Below are positions 39,182-51,688 of a DNA stretch of 64,000 bases, in pieces (within the stretch, counting starts at the first letter, position 1; every line of letters begins with the position of its first letter). Made by a program: the position numbers and the translations under genes. The notes beneath the pieces were generated by a model. It had not been told where the DNA came from, made no database searches, and saw nothing but the letters and a program-made list of their open reading frames with translations. Origin of the DNA: Chiloscyllium plagiosum (Eukaryota). The DNA lies in the NCBI RefSeq assembly GCF_004010195.1, contig NC_057718.1, forward strand, positions 43,780,280 to 43,844,279, given 5' to 3'.

Positions 39182-40332
39182 GTAAGAGCTGACAGATGAT
39201 GAGGCTGAGTATCTTGCTCTAACACGGGAAACCTGGGTTGTCAGAAGGTACAACTAGTCAGAGACTGACAGCTTTAAGGTCCTAAAGTTTTTTGATCGAG
39301 GCCTACTTCCTGGAGTAGCCAGTAGTGAGAAGGTAATTTTTTTCATCTTCTTATAGGGTGGTGTAAGAAGGGAGTCTGGGGACTTTTGAACACAAGGGTA
39401 GGGTGAGCTATTAGAGGTCATTTCATCCACACCTCTGCTTTTCACCAGATGTGGGCAATTGGAGCAACCCAACCCCAACTGCCACCTGCAAGAACTCAGC
39501 AGGCAGGTTACCATGGTTTCTTAATTGCAAAACTAGCCATTTGTCTTGCTCATTGGGGAGGCAAGTGATCGGGAAGTAGGGGTGAGTTGCAGCCCTAAAA
39601 TGACCATGAATTAGCCACTTAAGGTTTTTATTTGCTGCTAAGTTATGAAAACTGCTCATTACCATGAGTGATTTGTTGGTGGGGAGAAACAAGATTCAGG
39701 TGTGTGTAAGAGCACGTCTCCATAAACAAGAGACAAAGTGTTTCATGGGCATTCATGACCAGCAGTGAATTGCAGAAATGCCCAAGAAGTGGGTAAGTTT
39801 CTCTCCAGGGCAAACCTGTTTAATTATTTCTCTTTTTTTCACCATGTCCAGGAAGGGGAAAATTGCACCTTGTGCAGAGTCTCCTGGTCCCCTGGGAATA
39901 GGTGACATCTTTCCTCCTCTGCATCTCCTATATTAAGTGGTGTTAAGATCAGAAAATCAGTGAAATCTCGGACCTGTTCTCTGTCATGTTGTGCCATTAT
40001 TATATTTTTCTCTGGTTGAATCAGTTGCAGAATTACTTCAGGAATCTGTTTATGCCATAGTGCACCTATCTTTAAAAGGTGCAGATTGGCTTTAAGCTGC
40101 GGAATGACTTTTAACTCGTGCTTGTCTCTGACATATTTTTCAACCTCTGATGATGCACATGCACACTTATCAGCCCATTTAGTACTGGCTGCTTGCTGGA
40201 ATCATTGAACATCAGCGTGAAGTGTACTGGAGTAACTGACATGTTAATCCTGCATTGCAATCTGCATGTCCATTTTTGAGTTCTTATTGAATTTTGCAGC
40301 CTATTTTGTCAAATGTTATTATTTTATTCTAG

Positions 40333-40476
40333 GTCCAACTGCTGTGCCTTTTCATACATTGTTACTGGTATCATAGCCTTTACCAAATCATGCAAATGCT
40401 ATTATCATCAATTATTCAATGTTCAAAGATGGCCAACTCATCTATAAAGGCAAAGAGCAAACATGCACTGTAACTA
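40333..40476 (+). pseudogene. USH2A: USH2A: remaining 144 nt of the exon-32 equivalent, Trp to stop, donor mutated
   Basis: Preceded by ttattattttattctag. Reads PTAVPFHTLLLVS*PLPNHANAIIINYSMFKDGQLIYKGKEQTCTVT versus human PVAKSLPSSLLLSWNPPKKANGIITQYCLYMDGRLIYSGSEENYIVT. TAG at 40374; donor reads ATAAGT instead of GTAAGT. Confidence 0.9.
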
Positions 40477-40852
40477 ATAAGTTTTGGGTTTTGTATTAGA
40501 CCCAATGAAGTAAAGTGCTTGATTCAAAAAGTACAATATTTTGTTCTTAATGAAACATTGGAAGTAAAAATGTCAGAAATATATTGAGTGCAAATGTGAG
40601 GAAGTAAAAAGTTATATTGCTATAATTTAATTGCATATGCAACATTTAAATTATCTACTAGAATGACTAGTTTGTTTTGACTTGTTGTTAGATGGCATTA
40701 TCACAGGCGATATATAAGAGTGAATTATTGTCATTTCATATATACACTGAATTAATTTAAAATTCAGAAAAGGTTGAATACATCCTTTATACACTGATTA
40801 AAATAAACTGACTTTGTGAAGTGCATTATTTTGGCTTTTGTGCTTCCATTTA

Positions 40853-41438
40853 GAGTGGAATCTTGTGGAATTGCAGGGGTCAAACTGTCAGATGGAGAGC
40901 TAGCAAGGGCCCAGTGGATCCTCTTTGCAGGAAACTCTACCCATCAGGCACTTAGAAGGACAATAGTGGCCTTGCCCTCAGATCAAGGACACTTTGGAGG
41001 TTGGGGGAGGAAGGCTTATGTGCCTGAAACCAGCAGCTCTTGTGTCACTGAGGAGATAGTGGCAGAATGACATTCAACTGAGGGTTAAAATCATTGCTGG
41101 AACCTAGGATAGAGGTGAGTGATGGCAGGACAAGAGTTAAATGGGATCACTGGGTGACAAGAAGGTGATGAGCTTGGTGTGAAGACAAAGGTGGGTACCC
41201 CCCACACTGAGTGATTATTCCTTCCCCCAATTCCATATGGCTCAAAGGCTGTAAGCTATGCCCTATAGATTATTTGATATGTTGGACTGTCAAAACCTGA
41301 AAGTGGGGATTTGGTGGTGAGGAAAGAGGCTGCACACTTATTGAGGGAGGATGACTGGGTCCTCATATGTCGTTGTCCCTCAAATTAAATGCTCCCCTCG
41401 ATCAAACCTGCCATGGGGAAGGACGTAAGATTTTGCCC
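40853..41438. mobile_element. Harbinger-like non-autonomous element
   Basis: Imperfect TIRs GAGTGGAATCTTG and TAAGATTTTGCCC, with TTA on both sides (40850-40852, 41439-41441). Confidence 0.55.
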
Positions 41439-41456
41439 TTAGAGGTGCTTATAATG

Positions 41457-41922
41457 TTTATGATAGAATCCCTACAATGTGGAAGCAGGCCATTCAGACC
41501 CACCCCACCCCCTCCTATATCTCTGCATTTCCCATGCCTAACCCACCTATACCTAGACACTATGGGCAATTTAGCATGGCCAATTCACCTAACCCACATA
41601 TTTATGATAGAATCCCTACAATGTGGAAGCAGGCCATTCAACCCACACCAACCCTCCAAAGAGCATCCCATTCAGACCCACCCCACCCCCTCCTATATCT
41701 CTGCATTTCCCATGGCTAACCCACCTATACCTAGACACTATGGGCAATTTAGCATGGCCAATTCACCTAACCCACATAGATTTTGAGTGTGGGAGGAAAC
41801 TAGAGGAAACCCACACAGAGAGGGGAAGAGCATGCAAACTTCACATACAGTCACCCATGGGCAAAATTGAACCTGAGTCCTGGTACTAGCAGGCAGCAGT
41901 GCTAATCACTAAGCCACCATGC
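41457..41922 (-). mobile_element. HE1/V-type SINE with tandemly duplicated 3' half
   Basis: Head on the minus strand GGTGGCTTAGTGATTAGCACTGCTGCC; 41457-41600 repeats 41601-41779. Confidence 0.88.
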
Positions 41923-43026
41923 TGCTCTATTTCATGAATCTCTCTCTCTAATGTTCTTTTAGCAGTTGTTCCCTGTATTTCTGCCAAAGCTTTATTTATA
42001 AAGGCCTGGATATTGCAAATGGCAAGACAGTTGTTGTTCCAGTGCTGAAACCCTATGGCAGCACACATCAAAAGAATTGGCAGAAAATTGCATATTCTCC
42101 TCGGCAATTGCTCATTGTCGGGGCCCCTCTGAAAGTCTCCATTGAGACCTGAGAATTCAAAAAGATTCCAACTAAATTAAGTAAAATAGCTTCTCAGGAA
42201 AAGGTGGGCTAGTAAATAAAAGCAAAATACTGCAGATTCTGGAAATCTGGAACAAGCACAGAGAATGCAAGAGAAGCTCAGCAGGTTTGGCAGCATCTGT
42301 GGAAAAGTTTTGAGTCCAGTATGACTTTTCATCAGGCTATTAGTCTAACTCCCAAGTGATTACTAAACTGAATCCATTCTTAGCTCAGGCATCCACAATT
42401 GCATCTGCAGCAAACTACATACACTTCCCTCCAATCCTGACCCAATACTCGCCCAGTTTATTCAGCCATCCTTCAATCACTCTGTTCCAGACCCCCCATC
42501 TATCTGACATACTTTCCCGTTCTCTTGCTCCTAACCTGACACCCTTTGGCTCCTACTGGACCCAATTCCACACACCCAAGTCCCATGTTGCCAGACTTGT
42601 GACCTCCGCCAACCCCCAGACCTGAACCTACCCCCACACTCGCCAGATCTTGTCCCATCACCCTGACCTGCCATAAGCACTGCATCACTTCACCTGAGCA
42701 CCTTGCCATCTTGGACTATGATATCCCAAGTACTTCATATTCTATCCTCTCATTACTTGGCATCCTATCCATTTGCACCCTACTCCTTATGCAGCTGGAG
42801 CTATACTTACGTTCCACCCTACTCCCCACCCTTTTGGCATCATACCCCCTTGCAGCCCATTCCTATCCAGCTGGCACCTTGTGCTATAAACACACTGTCA
42901 GAATGCAAACCTAGTTCCATATTTCTGAAGAAACCAAAGCAGAATGTCCTCTCAGAAATGCAGACCTCCCTTCTTTCATGAAGTAGAAGAGTTCCTTGGA
43001 AATTCTGGCCCAGTGTTTAGATTTAT

Positions 43027-43193
43027 AGATTAGATTAGATTCCCTACTGAATGGAAAGAGGCCATTTGGCCTAACAAGTCCACACCGACCCTCCAAAGAG
43101 CAACCCACTCAGACCCATTCCCGCACCCTGACTAATGCACCTAACACTATGGGCAATTTAGCATGACCAATCCACCTAACCTGCATATCTTTC
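43027..43193 (-). mobile_element. HE1/V-type SINE 3' part
   Basis: (GATTA)n tail, AACAAGTCCACACCGACCCTCC, ACTATGGGCAATTTAGCATG. Confidence 0.85.
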
Positions 43194-43897
43194 TGAAAGA
43201 AATGTTTAACATGCTTCTCTGATTATTCAATTCTCAGTAACTCCCGGCTTAATCACTATACTCTTCTAGTTTTAGAATTTGCCATCTTGCCGTTCATTTC
43301 CCATCAGCTGTTGCTGTTGCCCTTTAGCTTTTGGCTTTGTCCATTACAATTTTCAACACTTAACATTTCCTATCATCTGAACAGTTTCACATCCCTGCCT
43401 GATTTTTCATCTTTAAAAATTTAATCATCCAGCTGTCTCCTTCATCTTTATCCTGGCTTGATCCCCATAAACTTCAAACCAGGTTCTTCAACAACACAGA
43501 TGTTATTGTGACATCACAACAGCTGCTAATACAGAAGACTTCTTTGATTTGTATCTTGTAGTTATTTTCTGTTCTCTTTACTGTTTGTCCAACTAAAAGG
43601 GCAATTCCTGACTCAATCTCTGATGACCAGGCTACTTTCCAACTATCTGTCTTAGTTTGAAAAAGCACTTCTGGCTTTACTCTTTTTTTTTTCTAATCTT
43701 CCCATCTTTCTGGTGAGGAACTGAGGTCTTCCTGGTTGAATCTTAACTACTGTATAGACAAGAGAGCTGTACTTTTTTTTCAGTTCTGCTCCTTTGTTTA
43801 GTAATTTTCCCAAGTTGTCCTTATTTTATGTTTGTTGTACTCACTTGTTTCAAATATTTCCATTTCATCCCTGTCAACTCTGCCTCTCCCTTGCAGT

Positions 43898-44243
43898 TAT
43901 AGAGTCACAGAGATGTACAGCACAGAAATAGATTCTCTGGTCCAACTCATCCATGCTGACCAGATATCCTAAAATAAATCTAGTCCCATTTGCCAGCACT
44001 TGGCCCATATCCCTCTAAATCCTTCCTATTCAAATACCCATCCAGATGCCTTTTAAATGTTGTAATTGTACCTGCCTCTCCTACTTCCTCTGGTAGCTCA
44101 TTCCATACACTGACCACCTTCTGTGTGAAAATGTTGCCCCTTAGGTCCTTTTAAATCTTTCTCCTCTCACCTTAAAACTATGCCTTCTAGTTTTGGAGTC
44201 CTTCACCCTGGGGAACAGACCTTATCTGTTTACTCTATTCATT
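43898..44243 (-). mobile_element. CR1 3' end
   Basis: Same 3' UTR and C-terminus as 17590-17982 and 61863-62098. Confidence 0.88.
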
Positions 44244-44499
44244 TTTTTAAGTTAGAACTTGACTCTAAATTCAACTGTATACTCATAATGTAAGACATCA
44301 AGACTGATTCTGACCTCACTCAAAGGCCATTTAATTTAAATTGAACACAGTTTGTGGGATGGTGCCCAGGAGTGTGAACGCAGTCCCTGTCCCAGCCCTG
44401 GCCATTTAAGGAGAACTCGAGTGGATCTACAGTCACCCCAGCTGAAACTTCACCAGGGAGAGTCTACTGTTGGTGCAATTGTAAAGGAGTAGCTAGCAG

Positions 44500-44790
44500 T
44501 AGCAATGGATGAAAGAGCAGTAGATAAAGAGGAAGCATTTAGAATGTTGTGAATAATCAAATTAGAAAAGGTCACCCATTCCTGATAGATTGAACCCTGA
44601 AGTACTGAGGGTGAAAATTATGAGGCCTCTTGTCATAATCTTCCAAGTGTCCTTATATATGGAGCTGGCACTAGAGGATTCAAGGACTGAGGATGTTGCA
44701 TCCCTGTTCAAAAAAGGTGGAGATGGATAAGCCTGAAAACTAGTCAATGCAACACAATCGAGGGAAATCTTTTCGAGAAAATGGAAAAGA
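44500..44790 (+). mobile_element. Old CR1 ORF2 fragment
   Basis: KLEKVTHS..LVIIFQVSL..LEDSRTEDVASLFKKG. Confidence 0.6.
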
Positions 44791-46080
44791 AATTGAGTTC
44801 TGTAGCACACATTGCATGGAGCCTATAACTTCAACTTTATGGCTAAGCTTTGGTGTCGAATGGTTGATTAGAGTGCTATCAATACCCTCAAACACAATTT
44901 GCCAACAATCCTACAGTCATTATTTTCCCTCTGTCATTGACCATTACATTATCTTCTTTCCATCAAGGCCAAAACCTTACGCAAAATATATATTTCGACT
45001 CAAATTTACAAAGTAAATAATGCCATAACACATACAAAAATAGTTAATTACCTTTGGCCTTTCTTTATACTTCTCTGTCTGTCATCTTCTCTCCTGTTCT
45101 TAGAGATCTCTTCAGTTACTGTAGCTCGGCTGAAAGAAGGCACTGACTTTCAGTTGAGAAGATTGTAAGTGTCTTTGTAAGGCATCCATCAAGCAGCTCT
45201 GGACCTGGAAGGCCTAGCATCAAGCGGTACCAGCTTGACATGAGCTGGCTGGTAGGTGAATTAATTAGTGGTGGGACCATGATTTCTGTCAATCTGAGAA
45301 AACAGGTTATTATTTGCTGCTACTATTCTGGAGCAGCATTGCTTGTAATCCTTTGGAGAATAGTTGGATCTGCATCCCCTTTGAACACTGGAATTTTGTG
45401 ATATGTTGGTAGTAGTCTCAGCTTCTATTGTAGCATTCACAATGATTTAGACTTATCCTGATATTGGGCAGTAGATGCAGCATATTGGGTGAGTTCATAG
45501 GCCCAGCTAATGAAGGTGAACATCAATTCTATATTGTAAAGGATGCTTTGTCTAAAACCCTATGTTATGAGGTACTTGATTCTGCCATGTTTCTTGTTAT
45601 TGATTAAAATGTGTGCACATTAATCAACCTTTTCTATGACCTTCCTCATCTGTCCTTTCCAAAAGAATTAGTGTGGGATCTTGTATCAGAGAAACTGATT
45701 ATTTTTGTTCCCAGCTTTGATTCCTATGCACTTATGCCTGACGCCTCACCACATGCAGATCATGTCTTTAAGCTATCTGTTTAAGCTAGGACAGTTTCAC
45801 TATCTGAGTTGGTAGCTACAACTGTGAGATTGAGTACTTCATCTTCATTTTCTTGTTTTTGCCTCCTCCACTGACTGTATGCAGCTTTCTGTTTCTGGAT
45901 ATTTGAAAACAAAAAGGGAGAAGCGTTCTGGTGTGGTCAGGACAGTGAGGAAAGTTCCATCAATAGTGTGATGTATGGTATATAATATCATTTTGTTTTA
46001 GGGTTTTTGTTTGAGCAAGTGACATTGGGTTTTGATCTGTCTATGTGAAGGGGGCTTAATGATGAGTGTGTAAGTACTTC

Positions 46081-47080
46081 TGTCTGAAATAAATGCACAG
46101 AGACCAGGTCCCATTACCAAGTCACCCTTTATTTACTAATGCACAGTACACTGGCTATGGCCAACCAGTTCAGAGTCAATTCTCAACTGAGGAGATTTGA
46201 ATCTCCTGGTTATATTGTTCAGCCAAGGCTTTTCTGTTTGGGGTTGTTAACTTGGGTCAATCAAGCACTTCATAGCTAACAAGGTCAACCTGATCCCAAT
46301 CACTACACTATTGCTATGGCAATTTTAAAAAAAAAAAACAATATGAGTGCGACTTTTTAAGAGAGTTGTGTGATTTTGTTTCCACTTGGTGATATTATAC
46401 ATGGCCAAAGCAAACTGTGATATATTAGGCCATTATTTAGGTTCTGGAATCATTTTGGTGATTTAGTGGAAACAACAATAGCTTGGAATAATCCTTTTGG
46501 TTTCACTTAGGAAGGTTTCATGTCCTGGTTGAAGCTGGATGAGTAAAGTTAATTTTGATGAGAAGAGATCATTTAGAACTGTTAAGATATAGATTACCTC
46601 ACTGTAGGCAGTTTAGCTTGAAAGTTCCAAACCAGAAGTGTTTGGTTACAACCATAAAGGCGTTATTCCAAGTTGATAAAATCCAAGTCAAATAGTATGA
46701 AGGCTCCAGGAAGAGATTATCAGATTCTCAAGCTGAGGAATTGAAGCCCCACAACTAAATTAAGCTTAATAGAGAAATATTTTTGCTGTGAGTACAATGA
46801 CGGCAGGGTTTGAGATTAATGAGATTGTATTTTCCAGATGTTTCTAAATCTTTCAACTTGTGTTATATGTAAGTAGTTTGGTTTGCTCTATTCTAACTTC
46901 ATTTCTTTTGTGTGATAAACTTCTGTTTGGTTTTTAAAACTGAATCTGCAGCATTGCATGTTTGTGTTTGAGTGAAAGGCCACCTCATTAAAATAAAATA
47001 AAATAAAATATGATCTATCAAACCAGATTTCAGTCTGGAATCTGACTGCCCAGTGATAACATCAGCTGTGATTGTAATAG
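46081..47080. mobile_element. Two adjacent LTR-like relics (about 46081-46307 minus, 46311-47080 plus)
   Basis: The first ends ..CACTACA (TGTAGTG on the minus strand) with TTTATT. The second ends ..TCTGACTGCCCAGTGATAACATCAGCTGTGATTGTAATA, similar to shark Gypsy LTR ends. Confidence 0.45.
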
Positions 47081-49599
47081 TAATCTCGCCCACATATGAT
47101 GATTACAGTCTCAGTTTGCTCATTCGATGAGAGACAGCAACATCTCCTCCATGATGACTAAACATACAGATGAACATGTTTTCCAGCTGTTTCTTAATGC
47201 CTGCTAATGTGCACAATCTTCTCCTAAAAATACAAGAGAAGTATTGAGTGTCATGCAGTTCATTTGAGTGATATGACTTGTTATAAGCTGAGGATTTATG
47301 AGCTGTGAATTGTGGCTCTGAAGCCTGCAGCACCATTAAGTATATGAGGGCATTGCTAGACTCTACTCCTGCCTCACTTTATCTGCTACTGAAGTTCTCA
47401 CCTGTGCCTTTTTTTAACTTTGCGGCTTACGTATTCCACTGTTTATCTAATCATTTCCCCATGATCTATCTTCCATATACTTGACATTGTCCAAAGCTCT
47501 GCAGCCCCTCTCCTAGTAATTCCAAAATAATTTGCTGGGTGTGCTGCAGCAGGCCAATGAAGTAGGTCAAATTTTAATATTTATATTCGATCCATGGGCA
47601 TTAAGAATTTCCTGGATGAAGTGTGAAGTGTAGATCATTAAGAAACAAACAGCAAGGGACCCAGACCTGAACTCTATGATATGCCACAGGACACAAGCTT
47701 CCAGTCACAAAAACCTTTGATCATCACCCTCTGAGAATTGAATACATAAAACAAAATAACAGTGAATTTTAGGGAAGTTGAGCAGTGAGGATGACATGTC
47801 TGAGACAATAAGAAAACCTGATTTTCCTTCTATTCTTTTCAATGGAAGGAAAGTTGGACAGATTTTGTTTGAGATATAGAATGCTTCCTTTTGAATTTTC
47901 CCCTGTGTACTGTGTTCAGACAATAAGTACATAAATCTCCCTCTATATCTTACGCCATCTTCCCACTGAGCATGATGGAACAGAAACAAGGGACTTGCTA
48001 TATGTGATACATTGTGCATGTGCAAAAGGCTGCATTTGTAACTATTGCAGTAGACAGAACTTTTAAGATTATCCCATTCTCTTATCTCTTGTGGTTTACT
48101 GCTTGCCTCTTGTGTTGCCATAAAGTCTTCTATTTTCAATTTCAATGAGCAAAGCGACTAAAAGAAAGAATACTTGGTGTAGTTTCCCATTGCCTTATTC
48201 GTGCATGCTTAAAGCAAGCACAAACCCTCCTCAGGAGGGATTCCTCCACCTCTAAGCAGCTGCTGTACCTCAAGTTCGAGCTGTGCCATCATTACCACTG
48301 AAAAATTAATGGCTCCTTCATCGTGTATGGCATGTAAATCTGAGCATGCAACTATCACTTGGGCCTCAAATAACTCACTAAGTGGCAGGAATGACCACAG
48401 CTTAAAGTCTCAAATGATCTGCTGTGCTACATAAAGTGCATATTCAGATTCTAATTAATTTAGTGTTGTTGATAACCTACAATTTATCTTTGTAGAAAAT
48501 TTGATACCACAGAGTTGCCACAAGTTATTTCCATTTTCCTTTCATGCAAAGCACTTTCTTAGTTACAGCAAGAAATTGGTTTAGAAGTTGTTTGTCTGAT
48601 AAAGTGCACTATAGTTTTCAGCCAGATAATTGGAAAACAAATCCTTAACTGGCTGTAAATTATGTATCATTCTCATCTTTTAGTGTTCATCTATTTATTT
48701 CATAAAATAAGATCAATGAAATTCCGCAACAATAGCAGGAAATCAATTTGAAAATAGTGCATCATTTATGGCCTTTATTGTAAGTTATAGCTTGTTTGAC
48801 AGTAATCGGGTAGGCTGCCACATAGCAGATGTAATTTCTTGTAACGCATCTTCAGATAAAATTTGTCGATCCATTTCTAATGCAGCCACTGCGATCTGTT
48901 TTTCCTGCTCTGATGCTTGATCTTGGACAAATAGGTAATATTTGGAATGCACAATATTGCATTGTTACCACCCATTGGATTGGAAATAGATTGTCACAAA
49001 CCATATTATAGGAAGGCATCAATTTAATATGTAATATGATATAAGATCTGAAAAGTTTTCTTTGATACTGGGAAAAGAAAATAATTGCACTTTGTCTGGG
49101 ATAATTAGATAGTAAGAATATGTACAGCACTGTTTATAGTTCCGCTAGTTTAGATTCTTTTGGTGCTTAAACTATGATCTAAACAAAATAAAATTATGGA
49201 AATTAACATAAATTGTTTGGGATATTTTAAATCAGTAAATTCCAGTCAGCAGGTAGTAAGTTGGTAAGTAGCAGAATAACTGCTACATAAGATTATAACA
49301 ATCCCAAAATGATTTAATCGAGCACAGTTTTTAATATTGACCAACTATCTGGAAACTTTTAGAATAAAGGATTCTCGGAAGAGAGGAGAGAAGACCAAAA
49401 ATGTTTCTGTTTAGTTGTATAAATATGCAATGGTTATTCAAGTACAAATTATTTTACTGTTATTATATGTTTTATTAGATTATTTATAATCTTACTACAA
49501 CACTAGTTTAACCAAAAGTCTCAATTCCTCTTCGTCCTTTGGTTTCTATTCTATCTCTCTTAGCCTGTGATGAACTTGCAATCCACATGAGTTTTAAAA

Positions 49600-49745
49600 A
49601 TGAAAAAAAAAGCTGTGTATGCTGGAAATTTGAAACAAAAACCAAAATTACTGGAAAATCACAGTAGATCTGACAGCATCTGTGGAGAACAATCAGTTGA
49701 CATTTTGGGTTCAGTGATCCTTCTTCAGAACTGTACTGAAGAACC
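49600..49745 (-). mobile_element. Penelope-like terminus with decayed hammerhead; similar termini at about 42215-42335, 56835-56970 and 60820-60940
   Basis: Minus strand CAGTT-CTGAAGA-A-GGATCACTGAACCC-AAAATGTC-AACTG, with a perfect stem I (CAGTT/AACTG). Confidence 0.65.
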
Positions 49746-51392
49746 TGCCTCCTTTCAGAAGGCTGTAAGAAGTCAGCCAGGGGCAGGAATCTGATATTGG
49801 CCTGACCATGTAAAGACAGCAGATTTCACCTCAAGGATGTTCTTAAATCAATGAATTTTTGCTTCAAAGTTTACATTAGACTGTATCTTTTTTAATTCAG
49901 ATGTTCTTCAATTCAAATTTCTTATACTGCCATGATGGAATTCAAACCCCCATCCTCAAAACATTAGCCCGAGTCTCCAGTTTGCTAGTCCAGTGACATT
50001 ACCATTAGACCATCAGCTTCTCACAGATACAAATTAATATGATCTACCAGTATTTAGGACATCTTGCTTGTGCACCTGGCAATGGATGAGCACTGATAAT
50101 CTTCTAGCTTTCAATTCATTTGTGTGGTAGGTAAAAACCTATTTTGGATTAATGATAGCATTCTTTCAATGGAAAATAATACCTGTATTGCTACTGCAGG
50201 GGTATCAGTGTAAAATAACTAGCTTCTTTTGATGCTCACATTTTGAGATACATTGCCAATTCAGGATAATTGAAGTAGATTAGATACTTGCAGGATCAAA
50301 ATGACAGCCTTTGGCCTACTCGTGGATGTGCATGATAGTCAGTGAGCAATGGTCTTATCAGGTTATCCATTATTCTACAGGATAGTTTGATCTACAATAT
50401 TTTGATTGAACTTACTGGTGAGCAAATGGCTGGGTTTTATTTCTTAGATTTCCTTTTTGGCCAGTTTTATAGCATGTGAAGCTATAGGTGTCTTGACATG
50501 TATATTGGCTTGTGATGGGGGTTTCAATAGATAGTAACAGGGAATCTATTGATAGATCTAAGATCTATCATGTTAGAAGAGGACAAAGCAGTTTCATTTA
50601 AAGAGAAATGCAAAATAGCAGAGGTGCTGTTAATAGCAAACTCCAAGCAGCTAGGACTTAGCAAAAGTTCCAGATAATTTGGAGGGAAGCCTCAAGTTCA
50701 GTAGGAAGAAAGATCTAGCAACAGAAGACTATGGAGATGTAAGAAAGGAACACATCCAACAAGGCTGTTGAAGGCATGGGTTTAAGGAATCCATGTTAAG
50801 TAATAGGTAAGCTGAGTTAGCAGTTTATTTTATGAGTATCTGGGAGAGATAGTAACTAAAGAAAGAAGCATCACATAAATGCACACCAGAAATCTGCCAA
50901 ATAGAAACCAAGCTCAACTGTGCCAGCTGAGCATAAAGCTTTAACGTAGAGGAAGTTCACTGATATAAGGCATTGCTGGAGAAAAGAAGGGACCACTCTT
51001 TCTGATATATCTGAAATGAGATGTTGCCAGTAGTTCTTGAATTGTGTGATATGGTAAGTTTTTTATGATGTACACTTTGTTCTTTTGTTGCAAGTATATT
51101 GGCAGCCTCTTGTGAATATATTCAGTGACTGACCTCATGGTGAGCAAATGATAATAAAACTTAGAGTCGATCAAGCCAATTCTCACTGTGGGATATGAAC
51201 AGCATTCCCTCGAAAGTGTATCCACTCCAAGGTTCCATGTACACCAATCTGCTTCAGCATGCCAATCACAACATTGGCTTTGAGTTCTGATGGTCACTAC
51301 TGCACACAAATTTGAGAAGCCCACTTAGCTGGAAAGAAAATTAAAGGGAACACTGGATATGGCTTGTCCAGTATTACCATCAGCTGGAATCA

Positions 51393-51688
51393 ATTAGATT
51401 ACTTACAGTGTGGAAACAGGCCCTTCAGCCCAACAAGTCCACATCAACCCACAGAAGCGTAACCCACCCAGACCCCTACATTTACCCCTTCACCTAACAC
51501 TATGGGCAATTTAGCATGGACAATTCACCTAACCTGCACATTTTTGGATTGTGGGAGGAAACCAGAGCACCCGGAGGAAACCTACATAGACACAGGGAGA
51601 ATATGCAAACTCTGCACAGAGTCGCCTGAGGCGGGAATTGAACGCAGGTCTCTGGCGCTGTGAGGCAGCAGTGCTAACCACTGTGCCA
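51393..51688 (-). mobile_element. HE1/V-type SINE, near full length and young
   Basis: Minus strand TGGCACAGTGGTTAGCACTGCTGCCTCACAGCGCC (A box), GTTCAATTCC (B box), V-domain GGTTTCCTCCGGGTGCTCTGGTTTCCTCCCACA, CR1-like tail. Confidence 0.92.
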
